Shown here: in pieces, positions 30,134 through 39,871 of the stretch
How the letters are laid out: the number at the start of each line of letters is the position of its first letter
Numbering within the stretch: position 1 is the stretch's first letter
Assembly (NCBI GenBank): GCA_037481835.1
Contig: JBBFKW010000004.1
Span: forward strand, 78,569 to 142,568
Direction of reading: 5' to 3'
Length of the DNA stretch: 64,000 nucleotides
Origin: Desulfosoma sp.
GTDB taxonomy: Bacteria; Desulfobacterota; Syntrophobacteria; Syntrophobacterales; DSM-9756
The notes under the pieces: generated by a model
The model's input: only the letters and a program-made list of their open reading frames with translations
Told to the model about the DNA's origin: nothing
Databases searched by the model: none
Program-made: the position numbers and the translations under genes

Positions 30134-30209
30134 GGGCCGTTAGCTCAATGGGTAGAGCAGCTGACTCTTAATCAGGAGGTTCGGGGTTCGAGTCCCTGAC
30201 GGCCCACCA
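30134..30209 (+). tRNA. tRNA-Lys (anticodon CTT)
   Basis: GGGCCGT...ACGGCCC-ACCA; anticodon loop CT-CTT-AA. Confidence 0.95.
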
Positions 30210-30217
30210 GAAAAATC

Positions 30218-30255
30218 AAGGGGTTAGGTCAATCGGCCTAACCCCCTTTTGTTTT
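30218..30255 (+). terminator. Rho-independent terminator after the tRNAs, overlapping an IHF-consensus site
   Basis: AAGGGGTTAGG...CCTAACCCCCTTTTGTTTT. Confidence 0.7.
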
Positions 30256-30484
30256 CGTGTCTCCACTGTGTGTCCACGGGGAACCAAAAACAATCGTAGT
30301 GGAAACCCTACCCCCTTCCGGCTCACTGTCGGGACGCAGCGCCGGAGCTCTTCTTGAGCCTCGATAGGGAGGAATCGGAAATTCCAGGGCTTCCCCAGGA
30401 GGCGGCTTCGGGAACTTGGGCCTTGGTGAAAGGGCTCCTGCGTGTTATAAGGCGTTCAGCACGGCCTAGGCCATGGAGGGTTTG

Positions 30485-31159
30485 ATGGCAGGATCTTCTC
30501 TTCCCATTCCCGAATCGGAACTGCGGCAGTGGATCGCCGCAGCCGTGGGGGACCTTTTCCAGGAAAAGCTGGACCAGCTCTTTTCGGAAAAAGTGGCGGC
30601 CTTTGTGGCGGAAAACGAACGGCGCGCCCGGGAACTGTCCCTTATGGAGCGGGTCGTTCGCGTGGAAGAGGAGCTCAAAGCCCTCAGGGAAATCGAAGCG
30701 GCCCGCTTTGACGCCTCGGAGAAGCGTTTCGAGGCGTTGCAGCGGGAGATGATCGCGCGCTTCGAAGCCATGGACAAACGGTTTGAGGCCTCGGAAAAGC
30801 GCATCGAGGCGCTGCAGCGGGAGATGATCGCGCGGTTCGAAGCCATGGACAAACGTTTCGAGGCCGTGGAGAAACGCTTCGAAGCCTTGCAGCGGGAGAT
30901 GGCCGCGCGATTCGAGGCGGTGGATAAGCGATTTGAGGCCATGAACGAACGTTTTGTGGCCATGGACCAGCGTTTTGTCGCCATGGACCAGCGTTTCGTG
31001 GCCATGGACCAGCGTTTTGTCGCCATGGGCGAGCGTTTCGTCGCCATCGAAAGGCGCTTCGAAGCCATGGACAAGCGGTTTTCCGTCTTGCAGTGGACAA
31101 TCGGCATCGGCTTTTCCATCCTCGCCATCCTCATTGGTCTCATTCGGCTTCACCCTTGA
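30485..31159 (+). CDS. Membrane-anchored coiled-coil repeat protein (DUF1640/CCDC90-like architecture)
   Basis: Tandem RFEAMDK / RFVAMDQ heptads and a C-terminal TM helix; GGAGG before ATG 30485. Confidence 0.75.
   Translation: MAGSSLPIPESELRQWIAAAVGDLFQEKLDQLFSEKVAAFVAENERRARELSLMERVVRVEEELKALREIEAARFDASEKRFEALQREMIARFEAMDKRFEASEKRIEALQREMIARFEAMDKRFEAVEKRFEALQREMAARFEAVDKRFEAMNERFVAMDQRFVAMDQRFVAMDQRFVAMGERFVAIERRFEAMDKRFSVLQWTIGIGFSILAILIGLIRLHP
30700..31080 (+). repeat. Intragenic 21-bp-based tandem repeats
   Basis: GCCATGGACCAGCGTTTTGTC-type units in tandem, plus longer repeated ALQREMIARFEA blocks. Confidence 0.85.
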
Positions 31160-31519
31160 CCTTCCCCTGGGTCACCTGCCCGCCCGTTCCCACCATCCCG
31201 CAGATTCCGTCTTCTAAGGCCCATCGCGAACCTTTCGGCACCGGTGCCTGTCGCGGGGTTGCCGGCGCGGCGCTGCGGAAACGCAAGCCCGGCGCTCCGC
31301 AGACGTATTCTCGCCTACCGTGTCCCCCTGCCCGTGTCAGACGCATCCGAAGCCGCCCGCCGGTGGGGTCACGGCCCGTCGAGTGTCCCAGGGAAAGGGC
31401 GGGGCGGTTTGGAGTTTTAAGACGACGGCCGCCGTGGTAAAGAAACGGCTAACGAGAGGTCTTGCGGGATCGGATTGGACGCCCATCGGCACGCGGTGTT
31501 TCAGGCATGGGAGGATTTC

Positions 31520-33235
31520 ATGACGGAGAGTGCACTTTCGGCACACGGGGGCGAATTGGTCAACCTGGTCGTGGATGAATCGCGAGCCCGGGTGCTGCGC
31601 GAGCTGAGCCACGGCATTCCCAGCCTTTCGCTGAACGCACGGCAGCTGGCCGATTTGGAACTCATCCTCAACGGGGCCTTCTCTCCCTTGCGGGGCTTCA
31701 TGAAAAGCGCCGATTACGAATCGGTCCTGGACCGCATGGAGCTCCAAAACGGGACTCTCTGGCCCCTTCCCGTCTGCCTCGATGTGGCGGAAGCCGATGC
31801 CCGAACCCTGGATGCGGGCCAGTCCGTGGCGCTTCGCGACGCCGAAGGGTTCATGGTGGCCGTGCTCCACGTGGAAGACATCTGGCCCATCGACAAACTG
31901 CGGGAAGCCCACTGCATCTACGGAACCACCGACACGGCCCATCCCGGCGTGGATACCCTTTTCCATCACACCGGGACCCACTACGTGGGCGGCACGGTGG
32001 AAGGCCTCCAACTGCCGCTCCATTTCGCGTTCAAACGCCTTCGCCACACCCCGCACGAAATGCGAGCCCTTTTCAAAAAACTCGGCTGGCGCCGCATCGT
32101 GGGCTTCCAGACCCGCAATCCCATGCACCGCGCCCAGTTCGAAATGACCCTTCGGGCCATGGACCGGGCCAAGGCGAACCTTTTGCTCCATCCCGTGGCG
32201 CGCCGGACCACGCCGGCCGATATCGACTACTACACGCGCATCCGCTGCTACCAGGCGGTGAGCCGGTATTACCCGCCCAACATGATGCTCCTGAGCCTCC
32301 TTCCCCTGGCCATGCGGCTCGCCGGGCCTCGAGAGGCGCTCCTGCACGCCATCATTCGCAAGAACTACGGCTGCACCCATTTCATCGTCGGCCGGGATCA
32401 TGCCAGTCCGGCCCCGACCCCGGACGGCCGCCGGTTTTACGACCCGCAAGCGGCCGTGAAAACGGCCATGGCCCATGAAGATGCCTTGGGGATCGAAATC
32501 ATCCCCTTTGAAGAAATGGTCTATGTTTTTGAAGAAGACAGCTACATGCCCCTTCGCGAAGTGCCGCCGGGAAGCACGGTAAAATCCCTTTCCTTGGAAG
32601 AATTTCACCGAAGGCTCCGCGAAGGCAAACGCGTCCCCGAATGGTTCAGCTTTCCGGAAGTCATCGAGGAGCTCCAACGGGGGTACCCGCCGCGCCACAA
32701 ACAAGGCTTCACCATCTTCTGCACCGGCCTTTCCGGGGCGGGAAAGTCCACCATCGCCCGGATTCTCCACGCCCGCCTTCTGGAAATGGGCGGCCGGCCC
32801 GTCACCCTTCTGGACGGGGACGTGGTGCGCCGAAATCTTTCCAACGAACTGGGCTTTTCCAAGGAACACCGGGACATCAACGTGCGCCGTATCGGCTTTG
32901 TGGCGAGCGAAATCACCAAGAACCGGGGGATCGCCATCTGCGCCCCCATCGCCCCCTATGCGGCCACCCGCCGCCAGATCCGAAGCCTCATCGAAACTTA
33001 CGGCGGCTTCGTGGAAGTGTATGTGGCCACTCCCTTGGAAGTGTGCGAAAGCCGCGACCGCAAGGGACTCTACGCCAAGGCCCGGGCGGGCCTCATCAAG
33101 GGCTTTACGGGCATCGACGACCCTTACGAGCCGCCTCAGGCGCCGGAAGTCGTCATCGACACGACGGAACTCACCCCCGACGAAGCCGCCCAGGAAGTGT
33201 TGCTCTACCTGGAACGCGCCGGCTATATCAAATGA
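31520..33235 (+). CDS. sat: Bifunctional sulfate adenylyltransferase / adenylylsulfate kinase
   Basis: FQTRNPMHRA, NYGCTHFIVGRDHA, then TGLSGAGKST, LDGDVVR, FTGIDDPYE. Confidence 0.95.
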   Translation: MTESALSAHGGELVNLVVDESRARVLRELSHGIPSLSLNARQLADLELILNGAFSPLRGFMKSADYESVLDRMELQNGTLWPLPVCLDVAEADARTLDAGQSVALRDAEGFMVAVLHVEDIWPIDKLREAHCIYGTTDTAHPGVDTLFHHTGTHYVGGTVEGLQLPLHFAFKRLRHTPHEMRALFKKLGWRRIVGFQTRNPMHRAQFEMTLRAMDRAKANLLLHPVARRTTPADIDYYTRIRCYQAVSRYYPPNMMLLSLLPLAMRLAGPREALLHAIIRKNYGCTHFIVGRDHASPAPTPDGRRFYDPQAAVKTAMAHEDALGIEIIPFEEMVYVFEEDSYMPLREVPPGSTVKSLSLEEFHRRLREGKRVPEWFSFPEVIEELQRGYPPRHKQGFTIFCTGLSGAGKSTIARILHARLLEMGGRPVTLLDGDVVRRNLSNELGFSKEHRDINVRRIGFVASEITKNRGIAICAPIAPYAATRRQIRSLIETYGGFVEVYVATPLEVCESRDRKGLYAKARAGLIKGFTGIDDPYEPPQAPEVVIDTTELTPDEAAQEVLLYLERAGYIK

Positions 33236-33263
33236 CGGGCCCAAAGCCATAAGGAGGATCGCC

Positions 33264-33806
33264 ATGGAGGTTTTGATCCGACGGATGATTCGCGCAGCCA
33301 AGCTGGATGTGACCTTGTACGAGGAGGTGGAGGCGGATCCATCCACCATGGGCCAGGCCGTGGCCGTGGTCATCCTTTCCAGCGTGGCCGCAGGGATCGG
33401 CACCATGAGCGTCGGTGGGTTCCGGGGGCTTCTCGTCCTCACCGTCATGGCTCTGGCCAGCTGGTACGCGTGGGCCTACATCACTTACTTCATCGGCACA
33501 AAGTTCCTGGCCGAACCCCAAACTCGCTCCACCCCCGGAGAACTTTTGAGAACCCTGGGCTTTTCCAGCGCGCCGGGCGTGCTCCGCGTTCTCGGCGTCA
33601 TTCCTGGCCTGGGAGGTGTGGTGATCCTCATCGCCGGCGCGTGGATGCTCGTCGCCATGGTCATTGCCGTTAGACAAGCCTTGGATTACACGAGCACGGG
33701 CCGAGCCGTGGCTGTGTGCGCCATCGGCTGGATCATCCAAACGGTGCTCTTGGCCGTCGCCTTTTCCCTTTTCGGCCGGCCCGGCATGACGCCCCATCCC
33801 GGATAG
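33264..33806 (+). CDS. YIP1-like membrane protein
   Basis: AAGGAGG RBS; YEEVEAD, LLRTLGF, AVRQALD; 5-6 TM segments. Confidence 0.7.
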   Translation: MEVLIRRMIRAAKLDVTLYEEVEADPSTMGQAVAVVILSSVAAGIGTMSVGGFRGLLVLTVMALASWYAWAYITYFIGTKFLAEPQTRSTPGELLRTLGFSSAPGVLRVLGVIPGLGGVVILIAGAWMLVAMVIAVRQALDYTSTGRAVAVCAIGWIIQTVLLAVAFSLFGRPGMTPHPG

Positions 33807-33943
33807 GTCTTCCCCGGAGGCTTTGTTTTCGAAAAGTCAAACGCCCCCGGAGCCGGGGGCGGTGGGCGGCGGCAGGGACCGAGTTTCGGGATGCGCAGTG
33901 GAGAGGCCCCGAAGACGGCGCGCGCCTTCAGAGGAGCGGAACC

Positions 33944-34984
33944 GTGACCGGACGATCCCCCAGAGGACCGAGCGGCGCCGAACAACGCCTCACCTGGGCG
34001 CTCCTCGCCGTGTTGGCCATGACGGCCGCCGGTGTTTTCGCCGTCTCGTTCCACCCGGACCCATGGCTTACGGGAACCGTCGGGGCGGGACCGACCGCCG
34101 CGAACAGCCCTCAAGATCATGCCTCCAGGTCGGGCGAACCGGATGTGTCCAAGGCCTTGCCCCCGTCGCTCGTTACGGCGGGATCTGCGCAACGGTTCGA
34201 TGCTGACAGGCTCGCCGACAAAATCGACGGCAAGGCGGATCTCTACCTGGAGGCAGGATTTCGATCCTTGATCACCCAAAGGGTGTCTCTTGCGAAAGAC
34301 CCCGAACGGTGGGCCGAGTTCTTCGTCTTTTCCATGGAAAGTCCGGAAAGTGCCTTCGCCGTCTTCAGCCGACAGAGGCGCTCTTCGGCCGTGCGGCTGC
34401 CCGCTCCGCCTTTCGCCTATCGCGCCGCCAACGCCGTGTGCGCCACCGCCGGATCCTATTACGTGGAAGGGATCGGTTCCTCCGAAGACCCCCAACTCAT
34501 GGACGCCTTAACGGCAACCGTTGCAGCTCTTTTGGAACACCTCCCCCTTTCGCAAGACATTCTCCGGCATTTGGCCATGTTTCCCGAAGCCGCCGCGCCC
34601 TTCGACCGTGCCGTGCTCTACAAAGGAAGCGCCTTCGGTTACGACGGGTTCGAATACGCCTACGCCGTGCCCCTGACGGAAGACGGCGCCGCCTTGACGG
34701 CCTTCGTCGCCGTCGGCAAGAATTCCCAGGATGGCCGAAGGTCCGCCGAGGCGTTCATCCGGTCCCTGGAAGAAAACGGGGCCTCGCGCGTTTCGGGATC
34801 GGATCCGGAAACGGGGCCCGTGGTCCTGGATTTTTACGGCTTCACCGAAGTGGTTTTTTCCCACGGGCGCTACGCCGCCGGAGTGCACGAAGCCGACCGC
34901 AGGGACGCGGCCCAACGCTGGGCGGAAACCCTTCGCAATCGGCTGCGGGCCGTGGATGGCAGCGTCGGCGGTCCGCCGGGTTGA
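33944..34984 (+). CDS. Membrane-anchored periplasmic protein (DUF6599-like)
   Basis: N-terminal TM; LADKIDGKADLYLEAGF and M.SPESAF.VFS motifs; adjacent to DUF362. Family name recalled from motifs only. Confidence 0.6.
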   Translation: MTGRSPRGPSGAEQRLTWALLAVLAMTAAGVFAVSFHPDPWLTGTVGAGPTAANSPQDHASRSGEPDVSKALPPSLVTAGSAQRFDADRLADKIDGKADLYLEAGFRSLITQRVSLAKDPERWAEFFVFSMESPESAFAVFSRQRRSSAVRLPAPPFAYRAANAVCATAGSYYVEGIGSSEDPQLMDALTATVAALLEHLPLSQDILRHLAMFPEAAAPFDRAVLYKGSAFGYDGFEYAYAVPLTEDGAALTAFVAVGKNSQDGRRSAEAFIRSLEENGASRVSGSDPETGPVVLDFYGFTEVVFSHGRYAAGVHEADRRDAAQRWAETLRNRLRAVDGSVGGPPG

Positions 34985-35068
34985 AATCGGGCCGATCCGC
35001 TCCGAGAACCCGGCCTGCCGCCTCGCCGGGCGATTCAACCCAGGCCGCTCCTCAGGGACATTGGGCTT

Positions 35069-36070
35069 ATGGAAAAAAACGAACCGTCCTCTTCTGTCCA
35101 TAACGCGCGGCGCCGCTTCCTGATCCGCGGGGTGCGCTACGGCGTGGGTCTTGCGGCGCTCTGGGGGTTGGGTTTGAGCCTGGCCGATTGGGTCGGCCCT
35201 TCCGGCCTCGAGTTTCCCGGCGACGCCCGGGCCGGTCCCTTCGATTGGACCGTTTCGAGCGCGCCCAAGGCCGTCGCCGTCGTCACGGGGACGAGCCGCG
35301 CCGCGTGTTGTGCGGCGGGGATCGCCGCCCTGGGCGGCATGAAAACGTACGTCGCGCCGGGGGATCGCGTTTTCGTCAAGGTGAACGCCGCCTTCGCCAG
35401 CCCGCCGTCCCTCGGAGCCACCTCACACCCCGAACTGGTGGAAACCGTCGTTCGCCTGTGCATGGACGCGGGCGCCGCCGAAGTCGTCGTCTCCGACAAC
35501 CCCATCAACGACCCGGTGAGCTGCTTTCGCTTGACGGGCATCGCCGATGCGGTGCGCCGATCCGGCGCCCGGTTGTGGATTCCCGAAGAACACCGCTTCC
35601 GGCCGGTGACGCTCCCCGGCGGTCGCTATCTCCAGCACTGGCCGGCCTGGATGGATCCGTTCCTTCGGGCCGACAAGGTGATCAACGTGGCTCCGGTGAA
35701 ACACCATCATCGGGCGGGCGCTTCCATGATCTGCAAGAACTGGTACGGGCTTTTGGGAGGTCCCCGAAACCTCTTTCACCAGCACGTGCACGACGTCATC
35801 GGGGAACTGGCGGCCTTGTTTCGGCCGACCTTGGCGGTTCTGGACGGCGTGACGGCCATGGTGACCAACGGCCCGACGGGAGGATCCCTGGCGGACTTGA
35901 AGGATTCCCGGACACTCATCGTGAGCTCCGATCCCGTGGCGGCGGACGCTCTGGGCGCCCGCATTCTGAACCTGGACCCGGAAAAACTGCCGTACCTGGC
36001 GTTGGCGGAAAAGGCCGGAGCGGGCACGCTCGACGTCGGCCGCCTCACGGTGCATCGGCTGAACGCCTAG
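35069..36070 (+). CDS. DUF362-domain protein with twin-arginine-like N-terminus
   Basis: ARRRFL; GDRVFVKVN, TSHPELV, INVAPVKHH, KNWYG, DPVAAD. Confidence 0.82.
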   Translation: MEKNEPSSSVHNARRRFLIRGVRYGVGLAALWGLGLSLADWVGPSGLEFPGDARAGPFDWTVSSAPKAVAVVTGTSRAACCAAGIAALGGMKTYVAPGDRVFVKVNAAFASPPSLGATSHPELVETVVRLCMDAGAAEVVVSDNPINDPVSCFRLTGIADAVRRSGARLWIPEEHRFRPVTLPGGRYLQHWPAWMDPFLRADKVINVAPVKHHHRAGASMICKNWYGLLGGPRNLFHQHVHDVIGELAALFRPTLAVLDGVTAMVTNGPTGGSLADLKDSRTLIVSSDPVAADALGARILNLDPEKLPYLALAEKAGAGTLDVGRLTVHRLNA

Positions 36071-36178
36071 GCCGCCCATGGCACGGCGTCGGCTTGCTCG
36101 GGGAAAAACGGTGCGGGGCGAGCCCGCAGCGGGCGATCCTTTGGCGGGTTGGAAGCGAAAGCGGGTAAAAGGGCGATC

Positions 36179-38158
36179 ATGCGCATCCACCATGTGCGAC
36201 GGCTGAGTCAGGGCTTCTTTTTTGCGCTCTTTGTCTTGCTGTGCGCGGTTACGCGCGTGGGCGGCCGGTGGACCGAAATCCGCGGCTGGCCTGTCAACTG
36301 GTTCCTGCAACTGGATCCCCTGACGGGGCTGGGCACGGCCCTGGGGACGGGAACCCTCTTTGCGGGGCTGCTCTGGGGTGCAGCCACCCTTTCCCTCACG
36401 GTGATCATGGGCCGTTTTTTCTGCGGCTGGATCTGTCCCTTCGGGACGCTCCATCACGCCCTGGGCTGGGTGCGCTTCCGTAAGCGGCGTTTTTCCGAAA
36501 GACAGGCGGCCAACGCCTTCCATCGGGCCCAAAGCCTGAAATTCTATCTGCTTTTCGTTTTCCTCGGCATGGCTTCCGGCCCTCTTTGGACGATCCCGCG
36601 ATGGACGACCCCGGCCACTGCGCTAAAAACCTTCGGTCTTCTTGCGGCGACGACCTGGCTTGTAACGGCCTGGGCTTCCCGGCAGGGGCCTGCGCGGGAA
36701 AAGGGGGAGCATCGCCGGGAGGAGATCCTGACGGCGGCCGCGGTCTTCCTCCTGGGGGCGGCCTTGGGGCGGTTTCCGGCGGCCGTGGGATCCCTGCAGA
36801 CGGGCCTTTTGGATCCCATCCCCTTTGTGCAGCGATCGCTCAACCAGATCGTCTTTCCGGCTGTGGGTCTTTTCCAGCCGGAAGGTTTGGCGGGAAACCG
36901 CTGGACCCACGGCGCCTGGCTCCTGGGGGCGTTTTTCCTCGCCGCCGTGGGCCTGAACGCCCTAAGGCCCCGGTTTTACTGCCGGTACGTGTGTCCCGCC
37001 GGAGCCCTCATGCACCTTGTGGGGCGGCGCTCCTTGTACCGCATGGTGAGGATCCCTCAACGGTGCACGGATTGCAAACGGTGCGAAACGGTCTGTGATG
37101 CGGCATGCCGCCCGTCCACGGACCTTTTAACAGGAGAATGCACCCTGTGCGGAAACTGCCTGGTGGTGTGCCCCGAGAGGGCCGTCACCTACACGGCCGA
37201 AACCCGTTCCGCCGAAATTTCCCCGGCGCCCGAGCCGGCCGTGGATATTTCGCGCCGCCGGGCTTTGGCCGTCTTGGGGTCGGGGATCTTGGCCGTCCCC
37301 GGGGTTCGATTGGAAGGATTGACGGGACGGCGGTTTGCGCCGTCCGTGGTGCGGCCCCCGGGGGCTTTGCCCGAAACCGAATTCTTGCGCCGCTGCATCA
37401 AATGCGGCCAGTGCCTGCGCATCTGCCCCACCAATGTCCTCCAACCCGCCCTGTGGGAAGCCGGAATCGAAGGGCTGTGGACACCGGTCTTGGATTTTCG
37501 CGCGGGAACCAGCGGCTGCCAGTACCGGTGCGTCGCCTGCAGCCGCATCTGCCCCACGGCGGCCATCCGGCGGCTGACCCTGGAAGAAAAGCTCGGGACC
37601 GGAGAATTCGCCGCCCGGGGCCCGGTGCGCATCGGGGCCGCTTTCGTCGACCGAAGCCGGTGTCTTCCCTGGGCTTTTGGAAAACCGTGCATCGTCTGCG
37701 AAGAAAACTGCCCGGTGAGTCCCAAGGCCATCCAAACGGTGGAGGCCTTGGAAAAATGGCCGGGACCGCCCCTTCGGGTCACAGACCGTCAAGGGGACCG
37801 CTGGACGGTCGACGGGTTTCGACCGCCCCCCAACGCGCCCCCTTTGGAAAGTCTTTTTCTGGTGGAAAACCTCAGCGATCCCTCCCGGCACCGGCCCATC
37901 CGGGACTGGGGCGACGGGTGGATCGCCGTGGGATCAGGCGATGGAGGCCGGGGGGACGACACGGCCAAGCCCCCCGCAGGGGACGGGCCCGTCTTTTTGG
38001 CCGTTCGGCTCAAACGACCCGTGGTGGATCACACGCGGTGCGTGGGCTGCGGCATTTGCGAACACGAATGCCCCGTTCGAGGCCTCCCGGCCGTTCGGGT
38101 TTCCGCGGAAAACGAATCGCGCCACCCGGAACGGTCCTTGATCGTGGGAAAGGCCTAA
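36179..38158 (+). CDS. Membrane polyferredoxin (NapH/MauN-like plus NapG/MauM-like domains)
   Basis: GRFFCGWICPFG, FYCRYVCP, RPPGA, CIKCGQC..ICP, CIVCEENCP, CVGCGICEHECP. Confidence 0.88.
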   Translation: MRIHHVRRLSQGFFFALFVLLCAVTRVGGRWTEIRGWPVNWFLQLDPLTGLGTALGTGTLFAGLLWGAATLSLTVIMGRFFCGWICPFGTLHHALGWVRFRKRRFSERQAANAFHRAQSLKFYLLFVFLGMASGPLWTIPRWTTPATALKTFGLLAATTWLVTAWASRQGPAREKGEHRREEILTAAAVFLLGAALGRFPAAVGSLQTGLLDPIPFVQRSLNQIVFPAVGLFQPEGLAGNRWTHGAWLLGAFFLAAVGLNALRPRFYCRYVCPAGALMHLVGRRSLYRMVRIPQRCTDCKRCETVCDAACRPSTDLLTGECTLCGNCLVVCPERAVTYTAETRSAEISPAPEPAVDISRRRALAVLGSGILAVPGVRLEGLTGRRFAPSVVRPPGALPETEFLRRCIKCGQCLRICPTNVLQPALWEAGIEGLWTPVLDFRAGTSGCQYRCVACSRICPTAAIRRLTLEEKLGTGEFAARGPVRIGAAFVDRSRCLPWAFGKPCIVCEENCPVSPKAIQTVEALEKWPGPPLRVTDRQGDRWTVDGFRPPPNAPPLESLFLVENLSDPSRHRPIRDWGDGWIAVGSGDGGRGDDTAKPPAGDGPVFLAVRLKRPVVDHTRCVGCGICEHECPVRGLPAVRVSAENESRHPERSLIVGKA

Positions 38159-38324
38159 AGAGGCCGATCCCGGCGTTTTGCCGAGCCGCCTTCGCCGGCA
38201 AAGACACGGCTTCCTTTCGAAGGAGCGGCTTATCGACGACCCCTGGAAGAAATTTTTCAAGAAGCACGGAAAGAAGACTCTCAATAAGCCCGCCTTTGGG
38301 CGCGGCGCACACAGGAGGCCCACC

Positions 38325-39575
38325 ATGGACCGAAGAACGCAAAAAGACCCCGAAAATCCTTCCAAAGGCCTTTCTCGGCGCGGCTTTCTGAAAGCGGCAG
38401 GGATGGCGGGCATGGGCGGCGCCGCGGCCTCCCTCGGCCTCCATGCTTCGGCGATCGCCCAGGAAACCGGCGCCCCCCAAAAAGTGCCCACGCGCCCTTT
38501 CGGAGCGTCCAAGATCCCCGTCTCCATTCTTTCCCTCGGGGGCATGTTCGATACGGTAGCGAACCACATCCTGCTGCGCCAGGCGCTGCGCTGGGGCGTG
38601 ACCTATTGGGATACGGCCGACTGTTACGGCGGCGGCCGAAGCGAAGAAGGCATCGGGGCCTTTTTCGCCCGGTTTCCCGAAACCCGAAAAGAAATCTTTC
38701 TCGTGACCAAATCCGACGCCCGGGATCCGGCCGGCATGACGAAGCTTCTCCATCGGAGCCTGGATCGGATGAAGACCGACTGGATCGACCTCTACTTTCT
38801 CCACGGCGTGGATTCCATCGGGGAGTTGACCGACGACGTGCGCCGGTGGGCGGAACAGGCGAAAGCGTCGGGAAAAATCCGGCTCTTCGGGTTCAGCACC
38901 CACGCCAACATGGCCGCATGCCTGGAAGGAGCGGCCAAGCTCGGCTGGGTGGACGGGATCATGTTCACGTACAATTTTCGGCTCACCCACGATGCGGCCA
39001 TGAAACGGGCCATCGACCGGTGCGTTGCCGCAGGAATCGGCCTTACGGCCATGAAAACCCAAGGGGGAGGCCCCCTTCGCGCGGATGCTTCGGAAGGAGG
39101 GGCCCTTGCGGAAAAGCTTTTGGCCCGCGGTTTTACGGATAAGCAAGCCAAGCTCAAAGCCGTCTGGGAAGACACCCGGATCGCAAGCCTCTGTTCCCAG
39201 ATGCCCACCATGACCATTTTGATGAGCAACGTGGCGGCGGCCTTGGATAAGACGGCGCTGAGCCTGGAGGAAAGGGAACTGTTTCGCCGCTACGCGGAAG
39301 AAACCCGGGGGAGTTACTGCGCCGGGTGCGCCGAAATCTGCCACCGTGCCTCGGGAATCCCCATCGCCGACATGATGCGCGGGCTCATGTACGCCCGGGA
39401 CTACGGCGATCCGGAGGCCGCCCGGGCCGCTTTGGAGCCCCTCCTTCGAAGCGGCGTCTTCGATGCCCTGGACGACGGAAGAATCCGGGAGGCCGAAGCG
39501 CGCTGCCCCCGGGGGCTTCCCGTAGGGCGGCTGGTAGCCGACGCCGCCCGCTTGGCCCGTTCATTTCCGGCCTAG
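38325..39575 (+). CDS. Aldo/keto reductase with Tat signal and C-terminal Cys cluster
   Basis: SRRGFLK...AIA; WDTADCYG, SEEGIG, LVTK, IDLYFLH; CAGCAEIC...RCP. Confidence 0.85.
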   Translation: MDRRTQKDPENPSKGLSRRGFLKAAGMAGMGGAAASLGLHASAIAQETGAPQKVPTRPFGASKIPVSILSLGGMFDTVANHILLRQALRWGVTYWDTADCYGGGRSEEGIGAFFARFPETRKEIFLVTKSDARDPAGMTKLLHRSLDRMKTDWIDLYFLHGVDSIGELTDDVRRWAEQAKASGKIRLFGFSTHANMAACLEGAAKLGWVDGIMFTYNFRLTHDAAMKRAIDRCVAAGIGLTAMKTQGGGPLRADASEGGALAEKLLARGFTDKQAKLKAVWEDTRIASLCSQMPTMTILMSNVAAALDKTALSLEERELFRRYAEETRGSYCAGCAEICHRASGIPIADMMRGLMYARDYGDPEAARAALEPLLRSGVFDALDDGRIREAEARCPRGLPVGRLVADAARLARSFPA

Positions 39576-39696
39576 GCGCCCTCCTCGGGACGGCTCTCCA
39601 AGGCGCCCTTTCCCGGAACCCCGGGCCCCCGCCCTACACAAAGACCCATCGGCCAAGGGCTTTCGCCCCCATGCCGACACCGCCGATGTTGCTGAT

Positions 39697-39730
39697 GTAG
39701 GTTGGGGTGAGCGAAGCGAACCCCAACACC
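39697..39730 (+). repeat. GTAG-type REP-like palindrome
   Basis: GTAGGTTGGGGTGAGCGAAGCGAACCCCAACACC. Confidence 0.8.
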
Positions 39731-39837
39731 AAAACGTCCGCCGGGGTGCGATGGAGGTTTCCATAAACGTCGAACTCAGAGCGTGACAAGGCCGGCCTTT
39801 CGTGGTTCGTTTCCTCGCCGAACCGACATGGTGAAAT

Positions 39838-39871
39838 GTAGGTTGGGGTGAGCGCAGCGAACCCCAACACC
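39838..39871 (+). repeat. GTAG-type REP-like palindrome
   Basis: GTAGGTTGGGGTGAGCGCAGCGAACCCCAACACC. Confidence 0.8.

Noticed and set aside
30323..31153. Two repeat-rich antisense ORFs (LVHGDKT and SMATKR repeats)
   Set aside because: Open only because the tandem repeat lacks stops; the + strand product has an RBS, coiled-coil chemistry and a TM anchor.
36078..36100. Sigma54-like TGGCAC...TTGCT upstream of the polyferredoxin
   Set aside because: GG-to-GC spacing is 4 nt too long.
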